From Octopus bimaculoides (lineage: Eukaryota): a stretch of DNA of 62,646 nucleotides. The notes beneath the pieces were generated by a model. It did not search any database, was not told the DNA's origin, and saw only the letters and a list, made by a program, of their open reading frames with translations. Within the stretch, counting starts at the first letter, position 1. Each line of letters starts with the position of its first letter. Shown in pieces: positions 1-11,885 of the stretch. The position numbers were made by a program, and so were the translations under genes. The stretch covers positions 63,683,061-63,745,706 of the forward strand of contig NC_068993.1 in the NCBI RefSeq assembly GCF_001194135.2, in the 5' to 3' direction.

Positions 1-823
1 CGCTTCTTCAATGATTTTAGTCATTTTATGAGGTACAGAAGCCTTGTTATGCCCCCACCCACCCAAAAATCGAAGTTTTTATTTGGTTTAGTAATTTCTT
101 TTATTTCTACATTTTGATTATTTTCTCTCATGAATATTTGTTAGTTTCGAGTAAATACATAAAAACAAATAGTAAAGATTTCGGTATCCGTTTCGATTTT
201 ATTTTTTCGAAAATTAAATTCTTCAGCAAGTCTTTTAACCGGGCCGACAAAAGTGAATTTGGTAAATTCTGTCTTAATGGTTTATTAATTAACACACTCA
301 CCGGTTCAATTTTCACTCATATTCTTATTTATTTCAATTTTTTCTAAAATTTTCGTTGCGTCTTGCAACCTCTTCAATAGTTGTTGACTCTGTCCGTTAT
401 CAAAGCTGCGCTCTTTTTGTTTGTTTGTGCGCATGTGTGCGCGTTAGTATGCATGTGTACACATGTATGTATGTATGTATGTATGCATGTATGTATGTAT
501 GTGTGTGTTCTGCATATTCATGTGTTTGTGTGTTCATGTTTGTGTTTGTGTGTGTGTGTGTGTATTTGTGCGTGTACCTCTGTCTTCTTGTGTATTCATG
601 TTTGACTGTGTCAATGTGTATGGGTTTGTGTGACTATGTACGTGCGTCTGTTATGTATAGATGTGTGTCTCCATATGTGTCATTGTGTGTGTGTCTGTGT
701 GTGGATTGTGCGTGTGTGCATATGGTCATGTGTTTCCGACACTATCAAGAAAAACGTACTCTATAAAATACTAATTTAAAAATCCATAAAATCTAAAATA
801 GCAGGATACGTTATTTGAATTTA

Positions 824-933
824 TAGCGACCTGAGGAGTGACTTCATTCTGTGTAGAATGTATCTTGATTGATTTATTATGAATTGTACAGATTTTTTCT
901 CTTATTATGCGGCCACGAAACGCGCGTAGTCTA
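824..933 (+). ncRNA. Type-I hammerhead ribozyme motif, Penelope-associated style, with long stem II insertion
   Basis: GAC-CTGAGGA (831-837)-GTG...~75 nt...CAC-GAAAC-GCGC-GTA-GTC. Core CUGANGA and GAAA are intact, stem III ACGCGCGT is palindromic, the GUA triplet ends at 928, and stem I is short (GAC/GTC). Confidence 0.6.
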
Positions 934-1240
934 CAATTCACTTTCTTTTTTATAAACTTACTAAACTGAATTAAATTTTCAATCTAATATTTTATAGATT
1001 TTATGGATTATAAACATTTCTTTTAGATTTTACAGATTTTTAAATTAGTATTTTGTCGAGTACGTTTTTCCTTGATGGTGTCTGATCTCCTTCAACGTTT
1101 GGATTGCATCTTGGGGCTTCTTCTCTAAATTATTTATATATTTTTTTATTATAAAATTCAATATGGTATTACTAAATTGAATATCCTTGTAAGTTTGGAT
1201 TTTGACATTGCCTAATATTATAGTGCGTGTGCGTGTGCGT

Positions 1241-1275
<35 letters not shown>

Positions 1276-1733
1276 CATATACATATCTAACACAGGGGTT
1301 GCTAAATAGTTTCGGAAATGATTTTTTATGCCTTGTGAGCCAAAGCGAATAGAAAATGAGATTTTGAAATGCTATAAAGTTTCACATTATATTAACGACT
1401 GGGTGTATAAAGAAAAAAAAAAAAAAGAAAAGAAAAAAATCCAAGTGTTTCTTAATAGCATATCATTGTTTGATGATGTAAATAAAATAATTGTTTGGCT
1501 TAGCCACAGCGGGATGAAGTCGTGCAAATAAGAAACTATCAGAATTATAATAACAGCATGATGGGAGAAAATAAATCACAACCACAATTGATGTTATTTA
1601 AAATCATTTAAGATAAATGATTTTGTTTCAATACATGACACGAAGAAAACATTGTTTCAATTTGATATCAGTTTGGATAAGTTTCTAATGTCGTACACGT
1701 ATAATCTATCCTAAATTTTTGGCACAGTGAGGA

Positions 1734-1885
1734 TTGTTTGTTTACTGTTGCATACATGATCAAATCTATTTTGATTTCAATCTATTTATCTGAAGTACGA
1801 TTTCAAGAGTTTACAGTTTTGAAAGCGAACGATAGATATGTGTTGAAAACAAAATAGATTTGATCATGTATGCAGCAACAAACAA
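1734..1885. repeat. Imperfect inverted repeat / MITE-like hairpin
   Basis: Arm 1734-1780 (TTGTTTGTTTACTGTTGCATACATGATCAAATCTATTTTGATTTCAA) matches the reverse complement of 1843-1885. Inner TTTCAA/TTGAAA pairing is also present. Confidence 0.75.
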
Positions 1886-1949
1886 TATTTTCTGGCAAAC
1901 TGCCAATAAAATTAGTGGCAGCAAAAATTATGAATAATCGAAACAAAAA

Positions 1950-2100
1950 TCCATAAGTCTGCAGGAACGACTAAACAAATGGAAGGAGCATTTACAAAAC
2001 CTTCTTGGCATTGTCCCACCAGTTTCAAAGAGACCCACAAAAACTGCTATGAAACATGTCCTTCATATTTTAGTTAATGAGCTTAGGAAAGCCCACCGAA
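1950..2100 (+). mobile_element. RTE/RTE-X-like LINE fragment (endonuclease-RT linker)
   Basis: Translates to LQERLNKWKEHLQNLLG, matching the recalled ERLxKWKEHFxNLLG motif of RTE-type LINEs. Confidence 0.6.
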
Positions 2101-2149
2101 GTCTTATGAACGAGCAAAATGAAGGCGGCTGGTTTTCATAATTTACTAT

Positions 2150-3000
2150 CAGAAGCAATTAATGGTATTATCCGTCAATTTTGTAGTTTAGAAAGAGAAC
2201 CAAGTTCTCTCATTTCACGCGAAGGTTAATTCAGGCGTGACTAAATATTCCGTTGGTCCTTTCATTCGTTGAGACAATCCTGTTGGCTTGAGGTTATTAA
2301 TTTTGCCTCATTTTCCAAGAACTGATTTCGTTATCCAAATGCTCTGTAAAAGAAACTGTTATCAACAGAATGCGTAATCAGATCAATATTGTTTTAGAAT
2401 ATAGTCTTTCCGACCCACTTCAAATGTAACAATCAGTTATTTTTGTATTTTTGCAGGTTTAACTTAGATATTTTTAGAGAGTTGCGTAATTTTTCGGATG
2501 CGATGTTTTTTTTTTTTGATATTTCCACGTTTTTTAATGGCTGACCTAGATTCCCGATCTGCTTTTGTCTTGATTTTGCGTTTGTATAGAATGCAGTTAT
2601 AATTATAGCGTGGTAAGATGTGACGATTTGATTGCATTTTCTGCTTCAATTCTATTTTTGATCACAATGATGTTACTCATTGCATATTTTCTCATACTTA
2701 AACAATGTAATCCTGTCACACCGTGGATTGCTGTTGGTTTTTGAGATTATTGGAATACAGAGTAAGTGAATGAGCCTAAATTACTATTCTTTTCTTTAAG
2801 CACAATAGTTTATTTCTTAAAAACCAATCCCTGAAAATATTGACTATATCTATATAAGTGGATTTGCGAAAGATAGATTTGTGATTTTTGTTACGTCCAA
2901 TTTGCGCATTCATATCTCTTCTTTTGAACAAGGCGTTATACTTTGCTATTTCTTAAGTGAGAATGAAATGAGCTTGTACTGGATGTCTTCAACTTCAATT
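2150..3000 (-). mobile_element. Decayed RTE/RTE-X-like LINE, AP-endonuclease region
   Basis: Minus strand gives RDMNAQIGR (APE motif GDxNAxIG) near 2895-2920 and AKLITSSQQDCLNE*KD in the linker. Many stops and frameshifts. Confidence 0.6.
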
Positions 3001-3599
3001 TTAATTACATAGCTGGACTATATCAGGAGATTGTTGTGGAATCACGATGTGTGAGATCTAATTCATCATGGATTTGATGTTTCTGAATAGATAAAACACC
3101 AATATTGCAGACAGGTACTTCAAGAAGTTAATTGAAAAGAATGTTAAAAGTTGAAAATAACATCAAATGTTTACAATTAATTAATCCAGATTTATTTGAG
3201 TTTTTTTTTTTATCTGTAACTATAGATCACAACAAAACACAATATGTTTGAGCTGGCGACGTGTGATGTAGCTTAAACATCTATGAGGATTAAAGTCTGT
3301 GAGGGTTAAGGTCATAGTAAACCGTTCGATGGTCGTATGACTGCTACAATGTTCAGTTCAAGTGATGTTAGTAATAATTTCGGAACAAGGCCACCCTGGT
3401 CAATGTCGCCAATCCGATTTCATCTTTGATCATTGCTTATCTGATTCCTCCGCTCAAACTATGCACCTGTCATACTGCTTCCCAAGGCGGTGGTTCTCAT
3501 TTAGTCTGATCTTTCACTTTGGATTTGTTCACTCTTTAAATTGTTGGGAGACACAAGCCGCAGTACAAGGACTTCGATGAAACTGATGAATGAGAAAAA

Positions 3600-4215
3600 A
3601 ATTTCTCTTTAAAATCTTCTTAGGAATCATTCAGTCATTAATAAAAGGCCTGTAAAAACTATGAATTGATTATCAAACTAGGTAACTGAACAGTAGATGA
3701 AGAAATAGATGCTCTCTCTACAATCAAGACACACACCCACCCACCTGATTTGAATAGCTTACTCACTGAGGTCTATAAAACTAAGGAATGTACTGATTTA
3801 CTTCTCTAACCGTGCAATTACATCCATTCTCAATAAATGGACTGAAGGTCGACAGAGATTTAGTACAGAATTACCTGAATATTATATTAACAGCTACCAC
3901 AGCTAAGACATATAATATATTGATACACAAATAAATAATTTTAACTGTGCGCCTCGAAGTGAATAGTGCTATAAATAATAATTTTGGATAAAAAACTTTC
4001 CGATGAAAAGGAAAAAAAAAAAGGGTGAAAGGACTGGAACCATATTCGTATCCAGCCAGAGCTCGAGAAAAATTCTTTGTCGAAATCGAATTAGATTCAA
4101 AAAGAATCTCTCAGAATCAGATCCAATATTAACTGTCAGGTGACTTAGTGAGAATGGTCACAGAAAGAATCTCCTTACCGTTGTTATTCATAGATTTCTC
4201 AAAAGTTTTGACTCA
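3600..4215 (+). mobile_element. Decayed RTE-type LINE reverse-transcriptase fragment
   Basis: Motif remnants LLTEVYKTK, IRIQPELEK and LFIDFSK (RT DFSKAFD motif), with frameshifts. Confidence 0.7.
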
Positions 4216-4727
4216 CTTTACAAAGACAAGACGCAACAATTTGACAATAGAGTCTCTCGAGAAATGAATGCAATGGTGATACTCAATAAAGAAAACAAAC
4301 AAAAAACCACTAAAGTGCGTTCGCCTGCCGAAGACATTTTTTTGTTATTTTCTTGACGGTGTTTTGCAGACGAACACATTCTTAAACGCTTTTCTCTTTT
4401 TATTCCGATTCTGTTTTGACTCCGTCTTCGCACTTCACCAGATTAACGCACACGTGGTTTTAACATCTCAAAATCATGAAATTCCAGATATCCAGGCGTC
4501 ACAATGGTAGGTGCTGATCAATTAAGACTTGATGTCAGATATAAATGAAAGAACCAAAACCTTACTTCACAATTTGGAAATGCCACAGCAAGCGTAGGTC
4601 TCCAGGTTAATGGAGAAAATAACAACAACAACAACAACAACAATAATAATAATAATAATAAAAACAGCCAATGTGACACACCTTGGACGGCAGGATCACA
4701 TCATTGTTGGGATGGCAGAAAGATCGT

Positions 4728-4953
4728 TGGGCGAGCTGGCAGAAACATTAGCACGCCGGGCGAACTGCTTTAGCGGTATTTCGTCTGCCGTTACGTTCTG
4801 AGTTCGAATTCCGCCGAGGTCGATTTTGCCTTTCATCCTTTCGGGGTAGATAAATTAAGTACCAGTTACGCACTGGGGTCGATGTAATCGATTTAATCCC
4901 TTTGTTTGTCCCCTCTATGTTTAGCCCCTTGTGGGCAATAAAGAAATAAGAAA
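4728..4953 (+). mobile_element. tRNA-derived SINE, family 'B' of this window
   Basis: Head GGCGAGCTGGCAGAAAC, B-box-like GAGTTCGAATTCC, central block GCCTTTCATCCTTTCGGGGTAGATAAATTAAGTACCAG. Further copies at 20290-20350(-), 20662-20760, 24890-25085(-), 35220-35290(-), 55020-55140(-), 56950-57100, 57268-57485, 62021-62237. Confidence 0.85.
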
Positions 4954-5013
4954 GATCGGGAAAACCAGGGAATTATTTCACACAGCTCGGCAGCAACATT
5001 GCTTATATTTATA

Positions 5014-5461
5014 CNNNNNNNNNNNNNNNNNNNNNNNNNNNNNNNNNNNNNNNNNNNNNNNNNNNNNNNNNNNNNNNNNNNNNNNNNNNNNNNNNNNNNN
5101 NNNNNNNNNNNNNNNNNNNNNNNNNNNNNNNNNNNNNNNNNNNNNNNNNNNNNNNNNNNNNNNNNNNNNNNNNNNNNNNNNNNNNNNNNNNNNNNNNNNN
5201 NNNNNNNNNNNNNNNNNNNNNNNNNNNNNNNNNNNNNNNNNNNNNNNNNNNNNNNNNNNNNNNNNNNNNNNNNNNNNNNNNNNNNNNNNNNNNNNNNNNN
5301 NNNNNNNNNNNNNNNNNNNNNNNNNNNNNNNNNNNNNNNNNNNNNNNNNNNNNNNNNNNNNNNNNNNNNNNNNNNNNNNNNNNNNNNNNNNNNNNNNNNN
5401 NNNNNNNNNNNNNNNNNNNNNNNNNNNNNNNNNNNNNNNNNNNNNNNNNNNNNNNNNNNNN
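5014..5461. other. Scaffold gap (N-run), largest in the window
   Basis: 448 N. Other gaps near 16449, 20363, 23124, 23990, 27593, 31562, 34498, 35772 and 58725; almost all abut microsatellites. Confidence 0.99.
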
Positions 5462-5537
<76 letters not shown>

Positions 5538-5589
5538 GCGGGTGTTTCTTTGTGTCTGAAAAAAGAAGTGTTGCAATCTTGCAATCTAT

Positions 5590-5670
5590 TCATCTGACTA
5601 AAATGAATTGCTCAAATCGGTGCCCCAGTATGGCCGCAGTCAAGTGACTGAAACAAGTAAAAGGTAAACG
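5590..5670 (+). mobile_element. 3' tail of SINE family 'A'
   Basis: GGTGCCCCAGTATGGCCGCAGTCAAGTGACTGAAACAAGTAAAAG; the same tail occurs at 20005-20050(-), 23465-23500, 53790-53838 and 58250-58290(-). Confidence 0.75.
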
Positions 5671-6139
5671 AGAAAATATTCTCCCATTTTTCTTTTTTTT
5701 TAGCTTTCTTTTGTTGTAAGTGATGAAGTGTTGTCCCTTATGCGTCTCTGAATTATAACGAGATCTCTGATATAAAGTACGAGAAAACATTTAATATTTC
5801 AAAATAAGAACGAATTATAATAGATAATTACCGTTTTTACCTCCGGCATTTATAATATTTGCTGACGATCATTTACCGACGGCTTCTACTGCTCTTCTCA
5901 AGTTGTAGAATACAAAAGTCTTGCATTGCATGGCCATGAACTTTCAAATTCTGACGTTGGAGCACCGTTGTAAAATATGGTGTGTCTTGGGCATCTAAAT
6001 TTGGTGGAACACAATCGGTTTCCAGGTCTAAACACAATCGATTTGTTTCAGAGAGAGAGAGAGAATGAGAGAGGCAAAGAGGATGTGTGCGTGTGTATGT
6101 GTGTGTGTGTGAAAGAGAAGGAGAAAGATGAAGAAACCA

Positions 6140-6863
6140 ACATCTGTATTGAACTGTTTCTGTATTTGCGATTCCGAAAGGTGCTTTCATTGGGCACTTT
6201 GGTTCTTGGTCTCTGGATCATAAGTGTAGATCCAGCTCATGTCGCACCTCACTAGAGATTCGAATATCCTTGGACTGGAGTTAACGAGCTCAACTGTCTC
6301 CCCGCCGTCACCGATGCATCTTTCCTTCGGTTCCTTATTGAGCACGTCGGAAACAAATCTTGCACGAATTTTGTACGTGTTCAGATCTTCAAGAATAATT
6401 CTATGTACAGTTGCTACTGTACACAGCGTATGCACACCTTCAAATTGTTTGCTTATCGTCTTTGTAGAAACACGACTGTCTTCATCTAGAAAACTGCGAA
6501 TTGTATCAACCAACTCTGATGTTTTGACCTTCTCCCCCATACCTCTCATCGTCTCTCTACCGTTCTTGTGCCAACGAAAAACAGATAAGCTCTTCTCAAG
6601 CAAGTTAATCCTTCAGCAGTCTTTCTCTTGTGTTTCTTCCCAGTTTCACACAACATTTTATTGCGTAGCGAGCTTCAAAATTACCTTTACATCCTGACAG
6701 CTGTGACAAAGCAGTGTTTAGTAATGTGTGTTCAATATAAAATAATAAAAGTTGGCAGGTCAGCTTATTACATGTATAGTAAAGATATAATAAAAATGAC
6801 AATAATTTAAGACTGTTACAACAGCCACTCCTACAAGAAGTCTCAAAACTGGAATGGACCTCG
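6140..6863 (-). mobile_element. Decayed mariner transposon (5' half)
   Basis: Left end TA|CGAGGTCC at 6865-6856. N-terminus EARYAIKCCVKLG, then HTH region, then SWIYTYDPETKNQSAQ* (first catalytic block). Frameshifted. Confidence 0.85.
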
Positions 6864-7046
6864 TATCCTGCATTGAACTTGTCACGCGGAAAGAAAATGA
6901 GATCGAAACAATAACTCACTTGATATCATTGTTACCAACAGCTATTGGAGTTGATATCACATTTCATACGCAATTTTCTATGACGACAGTAATATATCAC
7001 TCTACTTGTCAAACTGGCAACTGTTTATTCGACAATTAAAAACACT

Positions 7047-7110
<64 letters not shown>

Positions 7111-8352
7111 CATAAATATATGTTTATATATATGTATGTAAATATGTATATATGTATGTGTGTGTATTTACATTTATATTTATATGTATGCATGCGTATG
7201 GGCTTGTCTGAGCATTCGGATACGCGCTTACAGAAAATTCTTTGTGTAAATCACTCGTCGATAAAGACATGGCTTCTTGGCAAACACGAGACGTTGATAC
7301 TGTTTTCATTTAATCTATGTTTCGTACAGTTTTCATAATTTTGTTCTTTTCATTATTTTGTTTTTAAGCAGACAATGTGTGAAATATGGAGTCGATGGGT
7401 GTCTAGAGTCACTAACAGTGGTACATGTCCTTTACTCATGACACAAGCCAAGCCAACGAGTGAAGGTTCTACACGATCGGTTGACTTGTTAGAAATAGCA
7501 GATAAATCTTCCTCAAATCACAAAATAAGATGGGGGTTGTTGTGGAAATGTGCCCTGTTTTTCAAATCCTGGCAGCAACGCTGTGGCTGGAAGCAGGATA
7601 ATAATCTAATTCTACACTTTATCATTTTCAAGAATATAAACACGTTTTTAAGCACAACACATGCGCAGTCAAAAGGAAACACTACCTTTCCCCCGGTACT
7701 GTCATTCACGCAGTGCTCTCTCTCCCTAGTGTGACGCTTCCTATCTCTCTGTCTCTCCCTTTCCATCTCTCTCTCTCTCTCTGACAGCGTTGTCAAACAA
7801 GCCTTGAAATGATGTTGGCCACCGACTGCCACAGAAAACATCAAACGGAAAACAATTAAGTCGGGACAATCACTTGTACAGCACTGCAACACACATCCCA
7901 TCCCACCACAGCCCAATACCACTCCCTACCAGATCAATGCTTTCCTCTTCTACTGGTCACCAGTTCTCTACAAAGGAAGCTGTAATCCAACCATTTCTAT
8001 ATATAAATATCCAATTCTTCAGGCACCATTCATGTCACTAACAGAACATCTGATTTCAAATCAAGTTCTTTGCAACAGATTTTTAGACTTGGCATTTCTT
8101 TTCTCGTTTTTTTCCTCATCGCCTCTTCACTTTGAATAGATAAATGGAACTTAAACCATTTCTTTCTCTTCTCTTCAATTCTTCTCAATTAATCTCCCCC
8201 GCCCTCCCTTCTTTACCTTTTTCTGAGATTCCCTTCTTTTCTCGATCAATGTCGACATTTTTTTCTCTCTAGCATTCTTTCTTTTGGTTTCTCTTTCTCT
8301 CTCCCTCACTCTCTGTTCATCTCCCTACTTGACTACCTATATAATTATGTTA

Positions 8353-8383
<31 letters not shown>

Positions 8384-8514
8384 AGTAATATCTCCTTTTC
8401 TTTCTTACTTCTGTTCTCTCAAGATCTCTGTCACTCTCCCTCTCTCTCTCACTCTCACTTCCTCCTGTTGCTGCTACTGCTACTACTACTACTACTACTA
8501 CTACATGTACATAG

Positions 8515-8715
8515 ATGTAGGCCTGGCTGATTGGTTAAGGACTTCGCTTTGGCGACATGATTTTCAGAGCTCGATCCCCAACTGCGTGTCGCTCTGCACC
8601 CCATCTTTTACCCATAGTCATTTGTCAGTCCCTAGACTCTACTTGAGAATTCCGTCAAGTATTACACGTGTCATAGGTATAATTCTTGGCTACTCGGCGA
8701 ATAAATAGATTTCGC
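8515..8715 (+). mobile_element. Degenerate tRNA-derived SINE
   Basis: A-box-like TGGCTGATTGGTTAAG and B-box-like GCTCGATCCC, followed by a (TATG)n run. Confidence 0.45.
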
Positions 8716-8720
8716 AGAGG

Positions 8721-8753
<33 letters not shown>

Positions 8754-9689
8754 TGTATGTATACGGGCGTACACGCACAAATGAGTGTCTTTACGAGCGT
8801 ATAAACCCCATACACACATTTGAATTTTAAACAGCTTAATTTAAAGCTAATTTAAGAATAACCGAACATTTATGGATCGAACAACTCAATTCTGTGAGTA
8901 TTGTCGAATTTATTGTAAGGCTCGTGTTGACTAGCAGTTCAAGTTTTGCCTAACAGCATATTCAACCACACACATACGCACATACTTACAAACACACCCA
9001 TATATATTGCATAAGTTTGCACAACGATATTTCTTCCCTTTATCAGCTGTTGACTGGTGATATCATCAATACTTTTAGCATCACTCCTGCAAATGGTGCC
9101 AATTAGTATCGATGCTTCCAAAGAATGCCCGAGTTCTTTTGGCTGACACTATAACCCATTTTCCTCTCCGCTATTCTTGCTCCACATCAGACCACATGCT
9201 GTTGTCTCAACCATGCGACAACTATTTTGCTTTACGACACGTCGGAGAATTGTTCTTTGTTCTTAGTTTTGATCCTTCCTCTTACACGAATCTGCCAAAT
9301 GAATATCGGAATATTTTCTGTTTCCTTCTCCAGTTTACGAATCATGGCTCTGCTGTTTTTTTTAACAATCTAATGTCAGTCAGGTCGGACTTAATGACCC
9401 TAGCCAAAAACTCACAGATCACACCTCTATTGGAAGCAACATCTTCGTGTAATCTTCGTGCTTCGTCAAGACCTTCATGTTGTAGACCCTTCTTTCATGT
9501 ATCCATTCCATATGGCCTTCCAAATGCACCGTCCTTCAACAATCAGAATTATGTATTGCCAAATCAGACGATATCCCAATGACTGGGCGTTGGCTGTTAT
9601 TTAACGAAGCAACGTCATGACATGGTCAAATTCAACAAAGAACTTTCTGATTGTTGACTTATATTGCGTCATCCATATACAGTGTATCG

Positions 9690-9872
9690 AGTGTATTTGA
9701 GGACATTTGATTAAAAGCTTTGTATTTTTCAGATCTCCATGATCGATAAAATGCAAAGACACGAAATGAAAACGATGCAGTTATTGTTGCCTATACGAGC
9801 GGAACACAGAGATTTAAAAACTGCCGACTTTTTAAACGCTGTAAGATCGCTTGTACAAATTTCAGTAAAGTC

Positions 9873-9873
<1 letters not shown>
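9690..9873 (+). mobile_element. Tc1/mariner-superfamily (maT-like) transposase N-terminal remnant
   Basis: MQRHEMKTMQLLLPIRAEHRDLKTADFLNAVRSLVQISVK resembles the recalled paired-type HTH of maT/Tc1 transposases. Truncated by (TG)n. Confidence 0.45.
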
Positions 9874-9952
<79 letters not shown>

Positions 9953-10559
9953 GAGAGAGAGAGAGAGAGAGAGAGGAAGAGAGAAAGAGCATTAGTTTTT
10001 GTACTTCTTTACATAGAACTAATTTTTTTTATAGCTTTATATACCTATATACGTATACATACATATTACATACTATTTGGCTGACCTTTTATATCTCTGA
10101 AGATGGCCAAGTTATCAGCTTTACTCTTTTGGCATAAAATCGCCGGTTACAAAGGTATACATTTAGCAACAGCTTGAACTGAAGCTTTTGCAGAAGTTTC
10201 TTCGCCGGTGTAGCATTCGTTTCCAGTAGCCATGATTAGTTTACAACTCCTAAATAGAAGAAAGCTTGACCAAAAGAGAGAGAAGAAAAAAACGTGGCAG
10301 CAAAGTTAGTCTTTAAAATATCGTGCACTTCAAGGGGATGGCTTCCACTTACAAAAGATCCACAACTTGAATCAGTTTGTTTGTTAAATGCCTCAGGTTG
10401 TGTTTCATGGATGACGAATAAATTGTTCGATGAAAAGAAACCGACAGCGAAAATTCAGAGACAACAAAGTATAAACGGCGTCAACTTTAGCTGAATGCTG
10501 TTAACGAACAGTAGTTGCTGAATGCAGAAAGGGGACAAAATGGGAGTCTTTCTTTCCGT

Positions 10560-11885
10560 ACAGCTCCCACCTCTCTTTAGCTTCTCTGGTCATATCAGAT
10601 TCATGGCACTGTACTCAAGAGGACACAGCTCAATGCCAATGTCAGCGATCCTCAGCAAGATGTTCCCAAGCTACACTTTTCCAAAGTTGTCTTGAGTGTC
10701 TTTGCATCTCTTCTTTGGTCCACCACGTGACTGGGAGCCAACTGCAAGTTTACCGACGAAGTTCTGTTTGGGAAGTCTGGAGTCGAGCATGCGCACTGTA
10801 TGCACATTCCGCCACAGCTGGAATTTGCTTAGGAAACCATACATGCTTGACATATTAAATCTCTCGAACACAGCTGTATTGGGAATTTAATCCTGCCACC
10901 TGATGTTAAGAATCTTTTGCAGGCACGTTCGGTGCAAGTAACTAATTCTTTTCGCATGTTTTTGGTAAACTGTCCAGATTTCACAACGGCAAAGTATTGT
11001 AGTCATCATAAAAGCTTTGTATGAGCCAAATTTTGTTTTTATATCCAGACAAGATCTTTTCCAAACTTTTTGATGAAAACGTCCAAAGACAGAGCTGGCT
11101 TCTTCCATCCTTGCGTCACTTCATCATCAATGTGAAGACTCCTTTGCCGGCTACATCTAAGGTAAGTGGATCCTTTTACTACTTAGAGAGGTCGATTATT
11201 GGATATCTGAATGGTTCAACGTAAGATTTTCCGGGAGCGGAGTGGTGCATGGTTTCGGTCTTTTTTATACTGAAATTGAAACCGATGTTATCCCAAGCTT
11301 TATTAAAATTGTCTAAGCTCCGTCGGTGATCTGCTTCAGAGTTTGTATTCAGAGCACAACCATCTGCATAATGGAGCTCCCTTGTGGGGTAGTAATCCTG
11401 GTTTTCAGGATGTTAAAACGACCACCTTTAGATCTTTATCTGATCTGGATGCCAGATGTTTCATAGAAGAACGCATCGTGAAGCATTGCGCTAAACATTA
11501 AGTTGAAGAGTGTGGGTGCTTTACACCATTGGTTACTGCAAAAGGTGTCCAAAATCCTCCACCATTCAAGGCACAAGCTTGCGTGCCATCCTGAAACTGT
11601 TGTGTCATGTTAACGAAGTTGTTCGAGCAAGCAAATTTTTTCATTATTTTCCAGAGCCTTGTCTGCCTACAAATATCAAAAGCCTTGGTCAGGTTGATGA
11701 ATACAGTGAAGAGGTCTTGATTGTGTTCCTGACATTTTTCCCGAAGCTGTCTTCCAGCAAAGATCATGTCCATGGACCCAAGAGATTTTCGGAAACCACA
11801 CTCGAGATGTATGTTCCGATTGAGCCCGATCCGTGCTAGGATTTTCCCTGTGAACGGCAGGATTGATATGTCCCTATGATTGCTA
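10560..11885 (-). mobile_element. RTE (BovB-like) LINE, 3' part of ORF2, decayed
   Basis: Ordered minus-strand motifs: NHRDISILPFTGKILARI; DMIFAGRQLREKCQEHNQDLFTVFINLTKAFD; PFAVTNGVK; CEIWTVYQKHAKR...CLQKILNIRWQD; RMLDSRLPKQNFVGKL...RGGPKKRCKDT. Confidence 0.92.

Noticed and set aside
9112-9582. 156-aa + strand ORF
   Set aside because: No motif recognised with confidence; probably decayed transposon sequence of unclear class.
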